DNA of 32,000 nucleotides from Candidatus Paracaedimonas acanthamoebae (GTDB taxonomy: Bacteria; Pseudomonadota; Alphaproteobacteria; Caedimonadales; Caedimonadaceae). The notes below the pieces were generated by a model, which did not search any database, was not told where the DNA came from, and was given only the letters and a program-made list of their open reading frames with translations. The position numbers and the translations under genes are program-made. Location of the stretch: contig CP008936.1 of the NCBI GenBank assembly GCA_000743035.1, forward strand, positions 750,001-782,000. The letters are read 5' to 3'. Below, piece after piece: positions 1-9,058 of this stretch (positions within the stretch are counted from its first letter, which is position 1; each line of letters starts with the position of its first letter).

Positions 1-100
1 TTATTGATGTTTTTTAAAGATAAAAAATTTTCATTGCTAAAAAATGATTTTTAAGTTTATTGCTGCTTAACTGGACAAAATGCATAGGGGGATTTAATTA

Positions 101-3100
101 ATGCGGTCTATTAAAGTTTTAGCACTACTCATTTCAATTGTTTCTTTTCAACCACTCCAAGCAAGTTCTTCGACACCTCAACAAAATTCTTTAGAATCTT
201 CTTTGATCGTAAAGTCGGAACCTTCTTCAAAAGAATCATCAGGCTTGTGGGGACAAACAAAAAAATTCATTTCTTTGTGGTTTTCTTCATTTAGATCCTC
301 TTCTTCCAGCCCAAAAAACCTTTTGGAGCATACAGAAAATCCGAATTGGTGGGCTGCTTCTGAAAAGGATGACCAACCTTGGGCAAAAGAATGGAGTAAA
401 TTGGTTGGACATGTGGCAGAAGAAAACGCCAAGCAAACAAGAATACTTTTAACGCAAATGGTGTATCGAAAAGGTGAGTTAGAACAAAGCTCGGACGAAT
501 ATTATCAAGAACTTGCCGAATCTTTCAAAAAAACGCCTGACTTTATTAAAGGGCAAGATATAAATCTTATCAGTAAGCTTGGAAGTACAGGTTTAGGAAA
601 AAGATTAATTTCCTTAGTAAATAGATCAATAAACTATTTAGAAGATCAACATACAGCAGAAGGAAGATCAGCTCTTATTGAGTATACTCGTCTTCTGTCT
701 GATTTCTACCTTAGTATTGAAGCAGAAGGCATAGATGATGATCATTTTGATCAAGATTTATTTCAACAAGGTTATGATTATAAAAATGTATTAGTTAAGA
801 TTAGTAAACTTAAAAGGCATCCAGGAAACCTTGCTTCCCTTAAAAAGCTCATTAAGGATCTTTATATCAAACTTGATGGCGGTAGATTAAGTGAGCTCTC
901 TCATGATACATTGAGTTCTCTAGGAATAGAATTTGGTCAACCTCACAGAAGATCAAGCTGGCTTTCAAGTCAGAAAGTAGGCACAGGGCTTTTGTTCTTA
1001 GTTGTTTCCAGTGGGATGATTACCGCCGCTGCTGCCGCAAGGCCTCCGCTTTTAGATGCTTTCTGCTCCACAAATGAATTCAATTATGGGACTTGTGAGA
1101 CATCATTTAGTACGCCGATTGGATTTGACACCGAAATCGCTAGCCTTAAAAGCAATTCTTTTTTTCAAGATATTATTACGAATACCATTACTCAGACAAG
1201 TCGCTCCAGTAGCATATCTGACACACTTGATAGGCTTAGTTCTATAGGCACTCAATTTTATGGAGAAATTATTACCGCAAGAACAGGCTCTTTTTCGGGT
1301 GGGAATGTTACTTCAACTATGTATTTTGACATTCCACCCTATTTAGGGATGAGAGATGCCCCTATATCAAGCACTCAGTATGATCGCATTACTTTTAATA
1401 TGACAGCCATGAGTGATACAACAATGCAAACCATCAACTCTTACACACGTACAGGCCCGATGGGACCTTCTTACTATGGACAAATCCCAAATAGCGAGCG
1501 GATGATTCTAGCGATCACCGATGTCAACCAAACCTGGCCGATCTATGGGGTTGTGATAGATCGTCCTTCTGGCGGAGTACCAACTATTATAAGAGAGGGA
1601 ATTATCACATCAACTGTACAGGCCGTCTATCCTGACTCTCTTTCAATAACCCCCGTGAATAATGTGAATCCGAACGGTCTCCTTCCGGTTGAAAGCGTTG
1701 ATAGCTTTGTAAGCAGCCTTTATAGTGGACAAGTAGCAGGACCAGATGGTTTAAATCCCCGTCCTATTGCTCAATATTTAGAGGATATTGGTTTTTCAAC
1801 TTCAAGCTCCTTTCTTGCAGCCAAAAATTGCCTAGAAAGCCCCGGGGTAAGCCCTTTGGCCTGTAGCTCTCAGTTTGCTCAAAACTCTGGTTTTACCACG
1901 GCATTATATGTTTATGCGACACAACCTAATTCGGTTGTCACTCTCTCCCGTAATCTTTTGCAGGGGACGAATTACACCGAAGGAACCTATCAAGCTGGCA
2001 GTGGAAATGTTCTGGAAACATTGATGAGCTATACGTGGAATCCTGCTTTAGGGACAGCAATGCGGACAAACTCAACCCTTCCCATCCCTTTTAGTACTCT
2101 TCGTGGGACCTTACCTCTTAATCAGATTGAAAAGATTTGGATCTATAATCCTGATCCTGCGAATTCAGAATTGGGGTATGTGGTCAGAACAACTCAAAAT
2201 GCGTCAGGGACAGCAACTTCTTACTATGTTGTTCCTGGAGAAGGGATTACGACATTTGTCCCTACCCCCTCTCCAACCCCAACATCTTCTGGCCCTACGC
2301 CAACAGATCAACCCTCCTCAGGTCCATCATCTTCAGGCTTAAGCGAGACCGCTAAAATTGGAATTGGTGTGGGGGCGGGTGTAGGAGGCGCAGCTCTCCT
2401 TACAGCTATAGGCGTAGGGGTCGGTTGTGGCGTCCTTAAGCATAAAATTAAAAAATCCAAACTAAAAGATCTTGAAGCAGGAAATAATGATATCCCTCTT
2501 GGTCCTGTGACAAGAGGAAGCACTGTGACAAGAGAAAATTTTGCCCCGACAGGAAAAGGAATTGTCTCAGGTATTTCAGTGACAGGTACGCTTAATAAGA
2601 ATCAATATGTTTTGTTTTTTACAGTTACTGAGGAAGAATTTGATGAAATTGTCAGAGAAACTGGGCTTAAAATGCAGTTTACGCCTGAAGAAAAAGAGCT
2701 GAAACCAGGTGAAAAGCCCAAAATGAATCTCATTTTAGGGGGAGGAAATTTTGGTCAAGTCCGTATTGCTAAAGACCTACAAGACGAAAAATTTGTGGCC
2801 GTTAAGATTATCTCTGGCAATGAAAAAGTTAAAAGTTCTAGGAGAGAAGGAGATATGCAATATCGCCTTAGGGATGCATTTCATGTTCTTCCTTTAGATG
2901 ATTATTTATATTATGCCCCATCTACTGACAGAGCTGCGAGTACAAAGCTCCGAAAGAAAGCTTTTGGCAATACAGACCATGCAGATGAAGATCTTCTTTT
3001 GCAATTCACTCCTTTAGCAACTCTTGGGAGTGGGGAATCTTTAAGCTATTACCTCTCATTCTTAAAGGGGAAAGACGATGAACTGAGGGATAAGATTGTG

Positions 3101-4096
3101 GCCTATGTTGGTTACTGTTTATTGACAGGCCTCCTGAAGATGCATCATTCAGGTATTGCCCATCTTGACGTCAAACTTGATAATTTACTTCTGAGCTGGG
3201 ATGGTGATGTTTGGGTAGCTGATATGGGATGTGCCGTTCAAAAGACGATTTTGTCAGGGGGGATTGGCGATTTTAGGAATTTTGATTTGGCGCGTTTAGA
3301 ACATTTACGCCATTTAGGGAAAAAGAAAAAAGGAGACCTTCGTGCAACTTTCAATGGTCATGCATCAGATAACTTTGCCGCGGGTCTCGCCATACTTCAT
3401 TTAATTCTTGGGGAGGAACATCCGTTTCAAGAATTGTTTGATCCGGTCATAGAAAAAAGGGCCAGCATTCCAAATTACATGCTTAACAAATGGACTCAAG
3501 AAACCTATGAAGCTGCGCTTGAAAAGGCTTTTGGTAAATCAAAAAATAATGATACCGGAATTTTCAAGGTGATTCGTGGATTAACTTTTACTAATCCTCA
3601 AGAGAGATGGTCAACTGAGAAAGCTCAAAAAGCACTTGAAAAACTTCTCCCTGAAGAAAGTGGTAAAAAGTTGTTTTCACAATTCGAAAAGAGGTGGCAA
3701 CAAATAGCAAGCCAATCGCAACAGGTAGAAAATCCCGAAGAAGGAAGTGATCTTTCTTCTAACTATCTATATAAGAAAGAGGCTATCTATTATCACGACA
3801 TCTTACAGGAAGAAAACCATTCTAGTGAATTTTATGGAAAAGACCTTTCTGTTTATGAGACTATGCAAAAGCCCTATGAAGAGGAAAATAAGCGTATTGG
3901 GGCGGCGAGTTCCTCAACCGATGTATATGTTGACACTCTAGAGAAACCAGAGGGAGGAGAACCTACTACTTATACAATCATTCCAGATGAAGAAGATGGG
4001 GCTACTTATACAATCCCAGATGCTTTTAAAAGTTCCCCTCCTCCGCGCCGTAATGGAAACCCAAGCAATACCCCCAACGAATGGGTCTATCAATAA
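101..4096 (+). CDS. Large membrane-anchored protein with C-terminal eukaryotic-like (Hanks-type) protein kinase domain
   Basis: 1331-aa ORF with AGGGGGA Shine-Dalgarno-like element just upstream of ATG 101. N-terminal signal-like segment (VLALLISIVSFQPLQASS). Pro/Ser/Thr stalk VPTPSPTPTSSGPTPTDQPSSGPSSSG (2258-2338), then Gly/Ala/Val TM helix IGIGVGAGVGGAALLTAIGVGVGCGVL (2357-2437). Kinase motifs: GGGNFGQV (2738-2761), VAVK, HLDVKLDN (3161-3184), DMG in place of DFG (3221-3229), NPQERWS (subdomain XI-like). Confidence 0.8.
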   Translation: MRSIKVLALLISIVSFQPLQASSSTPQQNSLESSLIVKSEPSSKESSGLWGQTKKFISLWFSSFRSSSSSPKNLLEHTENPNWWAASEKDDQPWAKEWSKLVGHVAEENAKQTRILLTQMVYRKGELEQSSDEYYQELAESFKKTPDFIKGQDINLISKLGSTGLGKRLISLVNRSINYLEDQHTAEGRSALIEYTRLLSDFYLSIEAEGIDDDHFDQDLFQQGYDYKNVLVKISKLKRHPGNLASLKKLIKDLYIKLDGGRLSELSHDTLSSLGIEFGQPHRRSSWLSSQKVGTGLLFLVVSSGMITAAAAARPPLLDAFCSTNEFNYGTCETSFSTPIGFDTEIASLKSNSFFQDIITNTITQTSRSSSISDTLDRLSSIGTQFYGEIITARTGSFSGGNVTSTMYFDIPPYLGMRDAPISSTQYDRITFNMTAMSDTTMQTINSYTRTGPMGPSYYGQIPNSERMILAITDVNQTWPIYGVVIDRPSGGVPTIIREGIITSTVQAVYPDSLSITPVNNVNPNGLLPVESVDSFVSSLYSGQVAGPDGLNPRPIAQYLEDIGFSTSSSFLAAKNCLESPGVSPLACSSQFAQNSGFTTALYVYATQPNSVVTLSRNLLQGTNYTEGTYQAGSGNVLETLMSYTWNPALGTAMRTNSTLPIPFSTLRGTLPLNQIEKIWIYNPDPANSELGYVVRTTQNASGTATSYYVVPGEGITTFVPTPSPTPTSSGPTPTDQPSSGPSSSGLSETAKIGIGVGAGVGGAALLTAIGVGVGCGVLKHKIKKSKLKDLEAGNNDIPLGPVTRGSTVTRENFAPTGKGIVSGISVTGTLNKNQYVLFFTVTEEEFDEIVRETGLKMQFTPEEKELKPGEKPKMNLILGGGNFGQVRIAKDLQDEKFVAVKIISGNEKVKSSRREGDMQYRLRDAFHVLPLDDYLYYAPSTDRAASTKLRKKAFGNTDHADEDLLLQFTPLATLGSGESLSYYLSFLKGKDDELRDKIVAYVGYCLLTGLLKMHHSGIAHLDVKLDNLLLSWDGDVWVADMGCAVQKTILSGGIGDFRNFDLARLEHLRHLGKKKKGDLRATFNGHASDNFAAGLAILHLILGEEHPFQELFDPVIEKRASIPNYMLNKWTQETYEAALEKAFGKSKNNDTGIFKVIRGLTFTNPQERWSTEKAQKALEKLLPEESGKKLFSQFEKRWQQIASQSQQVENPEEGSDLSSNYLYKKEAIYYHDILQEENHSSEFYGKDLSVYETMQKPYEEENKRIGAASSSTDVYVDTLEKPEGGEPTTYTIIPDEEDGATYTIPDAFKSSPPPRRNGNPSNTPNEWVYQ

Positions 4097-4110
4097 GGGA
4101 CATTTTAATC

Positions 4111-4137
4111 GCGAGAGCCAGATTTAGTGGCTCTCGC
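4111..4137 (+). terminator. Putative rho-independent terminator after the kinase gene
   Basis: Perfect 9-bp stem GCGAGAGCC / GGCTCTCGC with a 9-nt loop, 15 nt after the stop codon. It is followed by a T-rich but interrupted tract (TAATCTTTATTC). Confidence 0.5.
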
Positions 4138-4382
4138 TAATCTTTATTCTCCTTATTTTTTGCAAAAAATACCTCCTTCTCTGTACAACGTTATTGCTGC
4201 TTAAAACATTTGAACTTTCAGCGTTAAAAGATACGGAATACGAGCTACCAAGTATTAAAAATATGCGAGAAAAGGTATGGTAAAAAGCTGAGGATATTTC
4301 TTTTTGAATTACTATAACCTATTAGCTTTTTCTTAATTTTCAAAGTCTATTCTAATCAAAATAAAATAAAAAAATTAAAAAA

Positions 4383-5252
4383 ATGATAAGTAGAGCTGGT
4401 CGTCAATTACTCAAATTAGCTATGATGTGTTTTCTTCTAATACAATCTTTAAACTGTTTTGCGTCTGATGCGTTGGAGGAAGAAGAAAAGTGGGAAATGA
4501 TGATTCCTAAAAAAGAATTTCCCTTGGTTGAAGAGAAAAGACAAGAAATTAGTCTGAAAGAATTAAAGCATCTATTTCAAGATGGTCTTATAAACCTTCA
4601 ACAAACCCCGCTCAGTATAGTCCAAAAGTTTCCTTTCGCGAAGAGAACTTTTCGCAAAACTCCTCAACTTCACTTAACCTTTGAGTATGAAGAGTTTAAT
4701 TGGTTAATATCAAATGATCGAGATAACCAGATATTTCATTTATTTAGAGCTGGGGTTGAATGCTTAAAATACGTTTATGGTCAGCAATTAACATTCTCTT
4801 ATTCTAAATATAAAGATCATTCTCTGGGGAGCATGATGCATTATTTTTATGATATAGGTATTCAAGGAGAAAATGATCAAATATTTTTTAAATTTAATGC
4901 GGTAGAGTGCATTTTTGCATCCACATATGAAGAAATTCTGTCTTATAGTAAACTGTATTCTAGAAAAAAGAGAACTTCAGAAGAGTCCAAGATAGAAAAT
5001 ATTCAAAAAGCGATGTGTCTTTATCAAGTTCCTGTCATTGTTGCTTTATCGTTATCTAATGATCTCAATGAAACCTCTTGTAAAATATTAGTTCTTTATC
5101 ATTTTGATAATGATACTAAAAATTTTATAGGTAAAGATCTGTACTCAAATAACGAGATAAAAATTCCTTATGTGGCAATTCAATTATTAGCTCTTGAAGC
5201 TTGGGTTGGTTATAACTCAACAGATTTCACCTCGCGAAATCAAGGTCTATAA
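4383..5252 (+). CDS. Hypothetical secreted protein (no recognisable family)
   Basis: 289-aa ORF with N-terminal signal-like segment (LLKLAMMCFLLIQSLNCFASDA). No motif I can assign. No clear SD before ATG 4383, so the start is uncertain. Confidence 0.55.
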   Translation: MISRAGRQLLKLAMMCFLLIQSLNCFASDALEEEEKWEMMIPKKEFPLVEEKRQEISLKELKHLFQDGLINLQQTPLSIVQKFPFAKRTFRKTPQLHLTFEYEEFNWLISNDRDNQIFHLFRAGVECLKYVYGQQLTFSYSKYKDHSLGSMMHYFYDIGIQGENDQIFFKFNAVECIFASTYEEILSYSKLYSRKKRTSEESKIENIQKAMCLYQVPVIVALSLSNDLNETSCKILVLYHFDNDTKNFIGKDLYSNNEIKIPYVAIQLLALEAWVGYNSTDFTSRNQGL

Positions 5253-5318
5253 ATCTCATTTGATCTCTTCTTACTTTCAAATTAAGCTTACCTTTTAAGA
5301 TTAAAAAAGAGGCATTAG

Positions 5319-6266
5319 ATGCAGACTTTATTTCCTCCTATTGAACCTTATGATTCAGGTATGCTACAAGTTGATGAAATTCATACAATATACTGGGAGC
5401 AATCAGGAAATCCTCAAGGTGTGCCTGTGGTTTTTTTGCACGGCGGGCCGGGGTATGGAGCTTCTCCTAAAAGTCGACAATTTTTTGATCCTGCTCATTA
5501 CAGAATCGTCGTTTTTGATCAAAGAGGAGCAGGAAGATCCCAACCACTTGGAGAAATGAAAAACAATACAACACCTCTTCTCATTGAAGATATGGAGAAA
5601 CTAAGAATCCTTTTAGGTATCGATAAATGGATATTATTTGGTGGATCATGGGGAAGCACGCTTGCACTTGCTTATGCTGAGCATCACCCCAGTAGATGTG
5701 TTGGGTTGATTTTAAGAGGTATCTTCTTATGCCGTCCTCAAGAAATTAAGTGGTTTTTTAATGGAATGAAGAATATTTTTCCGGAAGTGTGGGATCGGTT
5801 TGCAAATTATATTCCTCTTGCCGAAAGAGGAAATTTATTAGCTGCTTATAGCAAGCGTAATCTTGATTCAAATCCCGAAGTATACTTACCAGCGTGTAAA
5901 GAATATTTTCGGTATGAGCTAAGTCAATCAATGCTTGATCCAGCGCCTGAGACGGTGGAAGAAATTTGCAAGGATGAAGGGGCTGCAATCGGACTTGCAC
6001 GCGCTGAGGTCCATTATTTTTCAAATAATATTTTTCTAGAAGAGAACCAACTTTTGAAAGATATCCATAAGATTCGTCATTTGCCATGTATCATTGTTCA
6101 TGGTCGTTATGATGTCGTTTGTCCTATTATTACGGCATTTGATCTCATTAAAGAATGGCCTGAAGCTGAATTTCATCTCATCCAATTAGGAGGGCATTCA
6201 GCGTTAGATCCAGGAATTTTAAATGCTTTAATGAGAGCAACTGAAAAAGCAAAAAATTGGAAGTAA
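5319..6266 (+). CDS. pip: Prolyl aminopeptidase (proline iminopeptidase), alpha/beta hydrolase
   Basis: End-to-end resemblance to the Pip family: VVFLHGGPGYG, YRIVVFDQRGAGRSQP, nucleophile elbow GGSWGSTLALAYA, LILRGIFLCRPQEIKWFF, HGRYDVVCP, GGHSA. Confidence 0.9.
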   Translation: MQTLFPPIEPYDSGMLQVDEIHTIYWEQSGNPQGVPVVFLHGGPGYGASPKSRQFFDPAHYRIVVFDQRGAGRSQPLGEMKNNTTPLLIEDMEKLRILLGIDKWILFGGSWGSTLALAYAEHHPSRCVGLILRGIFLCRPQEIKWFFNGMKNIFPEVWDRFANYIPLAERGNLLAAYSKRNLDSNPEVYLPACKEYFRYELSQSMLDPAPETVEEICKDEGAAIGLARAEVHYFSNNIFLEENQLLKDIHKIRHLPCIIVHGRYDVVCPIITAFDLIKEWPEAEFHLIQLGGHSALDPGILNALMRATEKAKNWK

Positions 6267-6325
6267 GTCTTTGATTTATAATAAATAATTTTAGGTACAT
6301 TTTCGTTAAATGTAACAGAAATAGC

Positions 6326-6354
6326 TTGCAAAAAGACGCCTGTTTTGGTAGAAT
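6326..6354 (+). promoter_or_regulatory. Candidate sigma70-type promoter upstream of ddpX
   Basis: TTGCAA (6326-6331), 17-nt spacer, TAGAAT (6349-6354), preceded by TGg (extended -10 like). About 125 nt upstream of ATG 6479. Pattern match only. Confidence 0.3.
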
Positions 6355-6478
6355 AAAAAGGTAAGGTAATAAAAGAATTTGAATAACTTTTCTTAAGCTC
6401 TCCTCCCTAAAAAAGTTTTTAATTATTCTTTCATTACAAGACAGATATCTTTGTTAAAGAAAGGTGTATTTTATTAAT

Positions 6479-7171
6479 ATGGCTTTAGATAAAACTTTGC
6501 CTGAAGGTTTTGCATATCTTGATGTAATAGACCCTAGTATTCAATTCTCGTTGAGATACTACAGTCATGATAATTTTATTGGAAAACCGATTGAAGGTTA
6601 CCTTGCGGAGCGCGTTATTATGACTGAAAATGCGGCAAAAGCTTTGTGTAAAGCACAAGCATTATTTAAGAAGGATGGTTATTCGATTGTTGTTTACGAT
6701 AGTTATCGCCCCCAAACAGCGGTTGATCATTTTTCTCGTTGGAGTCAAGATGCTACAGACCAAACGATGAAAGCCTTATTTTATCCCCGTATTGATAAGG
6801 CTGATGTTTTTGAATTGGGGTATATTTCTAAAAAATCTGGTCACTCACGTGGCAGCACAGTCGACTTAAGTCTTATTCATGAAAGTGTGAACCTTAAAAA
6901 AATAACCCCTACTTCCCGAATTTTAAATGGTAGCGTTGAGATTCTCTTTTTAGATGATGGAACGCTTGATATGGGGTCTTCATTCGATTTATTGGATGAA
7001 ACATCTCATTATCAAAATAACCTTATAAATGAGGAGCATTTTAACAGGCGAACGTATCTAAAAGAGGTTATGGAAACCTGTGGGTTCAAACCCTATGCGA
7101 AAGAATGGTGGCATTTCACTTTAAAAGACGAGCCTTTCCCAGATACTTATTTTGATTTCCCCGTGAGGTAA
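6479..7171 (+). CDS. ddpX: D-alanyl-D-alanine dipeptidase (VanX/DdpX, peptidase M15D)
   Basis: Family motifs DSYRPQ, SGHSRGSTVDLSL, MGSSFD, EWWHFTL. I prefer ATG 6479 (MALDK...) over the GTG at 6464 used by the ORF track. Confidence 0.88.
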   Translation: MALDKTLPEGFAYLDVIDPSIQFSLRYYSHDNFIGKPIEGYLAERVIMTENAAKALCKAQALFKKDGYSIVVYDSYRPQTAVDHFSRWSQDATDQTMKALFYPRIDKADVFELGYISKKSGHSRGSTVDLSLIHESVNLKKITPTSRILNGSVEILFLDDGTLDMGSSFDLLDETSHYQNNLINEEHFNRRTYLKEVMETCGFKPYAKEWWHFTLKDEPFPDTYFDFPVR

Positions 7172-7316
7172 CTTATTTTTTAGGTTTATTAACAAGCTGA
7201 AAATCATAAAAATAGAGCCAGAATAAAGATAGAGATATGTTATTAAATTTTATTTACAGATGAAATTTTGGAATTAGAAAATTTTTATTAATAAACAATA
7301 TGTAAATAATTTAGAT

Positions 7317-7529
7317 ATGCTTGTAAGGAGATCGAATATGTTGTGGCATAAAATTTTTAAATATTTTGTACTTAAATTTTTTATCCTTTTTATTTTAGGA
7401 AATTCATATACTGTCTTTTCTTCTGCAGGCGTTGATATTGAAACTCTTAAAAAAGATAAAGAAACTTTACGGTATATAGCTTCAGTTGTTTTTAAGCGTG
7501 AAAAAGGTATAACTTACATACCAAGATAA
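7317..7529 (+). CDS. Small hypothetical protein with signal-like N-terminus (possibly the 5' part of a disrupted gene)
   Basis: 70-aa ORF with hydrophobic N-terminus FVLKFFILFILGNSYTVFSSA. The frame of the next ORF is already open from 7513, overlapping this ORF's end. Confidence 0.3.
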   Translation: MLVRRSNMLWHKIFKYFVLKFFILFILGNSYTVFSSAGVDIETLKKDKETLRYIASVVFKREKGITYIPR

Positions 7530-7551
7530 AATTTGTACACACAGCCCGCAA

Positions 7552-8007
7552 TTGTTTGACATTTGGAAAGGAAACAAATGGCAAAGCATTGATAGTAATA
7601 AAAGAACAAGTCTCTCAACTACTTTAGAAGAAAACTATAAGATAGTTCCAAGTCAAACAAGGCGGCTTTTACAACGTGATGATTTCTCTTTATTAGATCA
7701 AGAAATCATAGATAAGTATGCTTTATATGGAAACAGAGCCATTAAAGAAGCGAAAGACGAGGATATTACTCTAATTCAGAGCCCAGGTAACAATAGATGG
7801 TCTATTAAAATCTTAATAGATTTTAATGAAATAGAAGTTGGAAAGCTATATCAAAGATCAGATTTAGAACACTTAATCTCAACACATACGCTTAATATAG
7901 ACATTGATGTCCATGATATTGTTCAGAAGATAACAACATCGGGATTAAAAGCTTGGGATGTTGCAGTCGATGGCTATGCTTCAACGATGTGTGCGACGAA
8001 AAGATAA
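7552..8007 (+). CDS. Hypothetical protein (possibly the 3' part of a disrupted gene)
   Basis: 151-aa ORF starting at TTG with no SD. Its frame is open upstream to 7513. No recognisable motif. Confidence 0.35.
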   Translation: MFDIWKGNKWQSIDSNKRTSLSTTLEENYKIVPSQTRRLLQRDDFSLLDQEIIDKYALYGNRAIKEAKDEDITLIQSPGNNRWSIKILIDFNEIEVGKLYQRSDLEHLISTHTLNIDIDVHDIVQKITTSGLKAWDVAVDGYASTMCATKR

Positions 8008-8076
8008 ATTAATATTTATTGAAGATTCGTAACAAAATGGTTATTTTAAGAGTAACCGCAATATTAAGGAAACGTT

Positions 8077-8851
8077 ATGAAAGCTAATTTATTATTGTTT
8101 TTAGGTGCGACCTTATTCCTTACTTATTTCAATGATCAAGTATGTGCAACTTGTTTAGAATCCTCGCAGTTATCAGAATCTCACAATTATGTAAGGTTTG
8201 TCCCGTCAGGCAATACTTCTCCCTCACAAGCGACTGGAATTGTTATTGAATTAGGCAGAGAGGAAGAATTCGAAATAAATTTAAATCTTCTCAAAAATAT
8301 ATCATTTGATATAGATCTTGCTGAACAATCCGACATAGAAGGTAAACTTATAAAGCTACAAGCTTATGCCTCTCTCATAAGTAGTCTTGATGTGTCTGAT
8401 AATTTTCTTGATAACTCAACTTTAGAACTGCTTCCTACAATTTAGTAAGCTAAGGAAATTAAATTTAGCTAATAATAGATTTGATGATAACGAATTAAAG
8501 GCTATTGCACTGCTATCAGGGATTACGGATCTTAGCTTGTATCATAATAAAATTACAGCAAATGGAATTCGTATGCTTGCAGATTTAAAAGAACTCACAA
8601 TACTTGATGTTAGTTGTACTTCAATGGGAGTTTCAGGAATTAAAACTATCCAAGAAACATTTCCTCATCTTATCTCTTTAAAAGCTAGAGGATGTGAATT
8701 AGAAGATCAATCGTTAGAGTATATCTTAGCTATGTCTCATCTCAAAAATATTGATATTTCTTCAAATAAATCTCTCAGTTCAAATGCTATGCAAGCATTT
8801 AGCACAAAAGCCTCTGAAAAAGGATTAACCATTGTCTCCAGTGGAACATAA
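8077..8851 (+). pseudogene. Leucine-rich repeat (RNI-like) secreted protein, interrupted by a frameshift near 8435-8445
   Basis: ORF 8077-8445 has a signal-like N-terminus and ends ...LDVSDNFLDNSTLELLPTI*. In the +1 frame the LRR periodicity continues without a start codon from ~8435: LQFSKLRKLNLANNRFDDNELKAIALLSGITDLSLYHNKITANGIRMLADLKELTILDVSCTSMGVSG... Confidence 0.65.
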
Positions 8852-9058
8852 GCGCACTATGTTCCTATAATAGGAGACTTCACATTCACCTCACATTCTT
8901 AGGATCTCCAACAAAATTTTCTTGAGAATATAAGCAGCCTTGAAAATAAAGGGCGTCTGCAGTTAATAATAGGTTCAAAGGATTCCTGTGCTCATTTTTC
9001 TATTTATTCTTTAATTAGAACACGTTACTCTTGCTTGTATGAATGGAGGAGCTAAGGG

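Noticed and set aside
178-432. Short antisense or alternative-frame ORFs inside the kinase gene (178-432, 1056-1247, 2103-2342, 2308-2523, 3747-3941)
   Set aside because: All are embedded in a long, motif-supported ORF. They have no SD and no recognisable content, and are best explained as chance ORFs.
59-4204. 14-nt direct repeat TTATTGCTGCTTAA at ~59-72 and ~4191-4204, flanking the kinase gene (possible insertion scar)
   Set aside because: A single 14-mer match in 32 kb of AT-rich DNA is roughly what chance predicts (order of one expected pair). There is no extended similarity around it. It is not enough to claim a mobile insertion.
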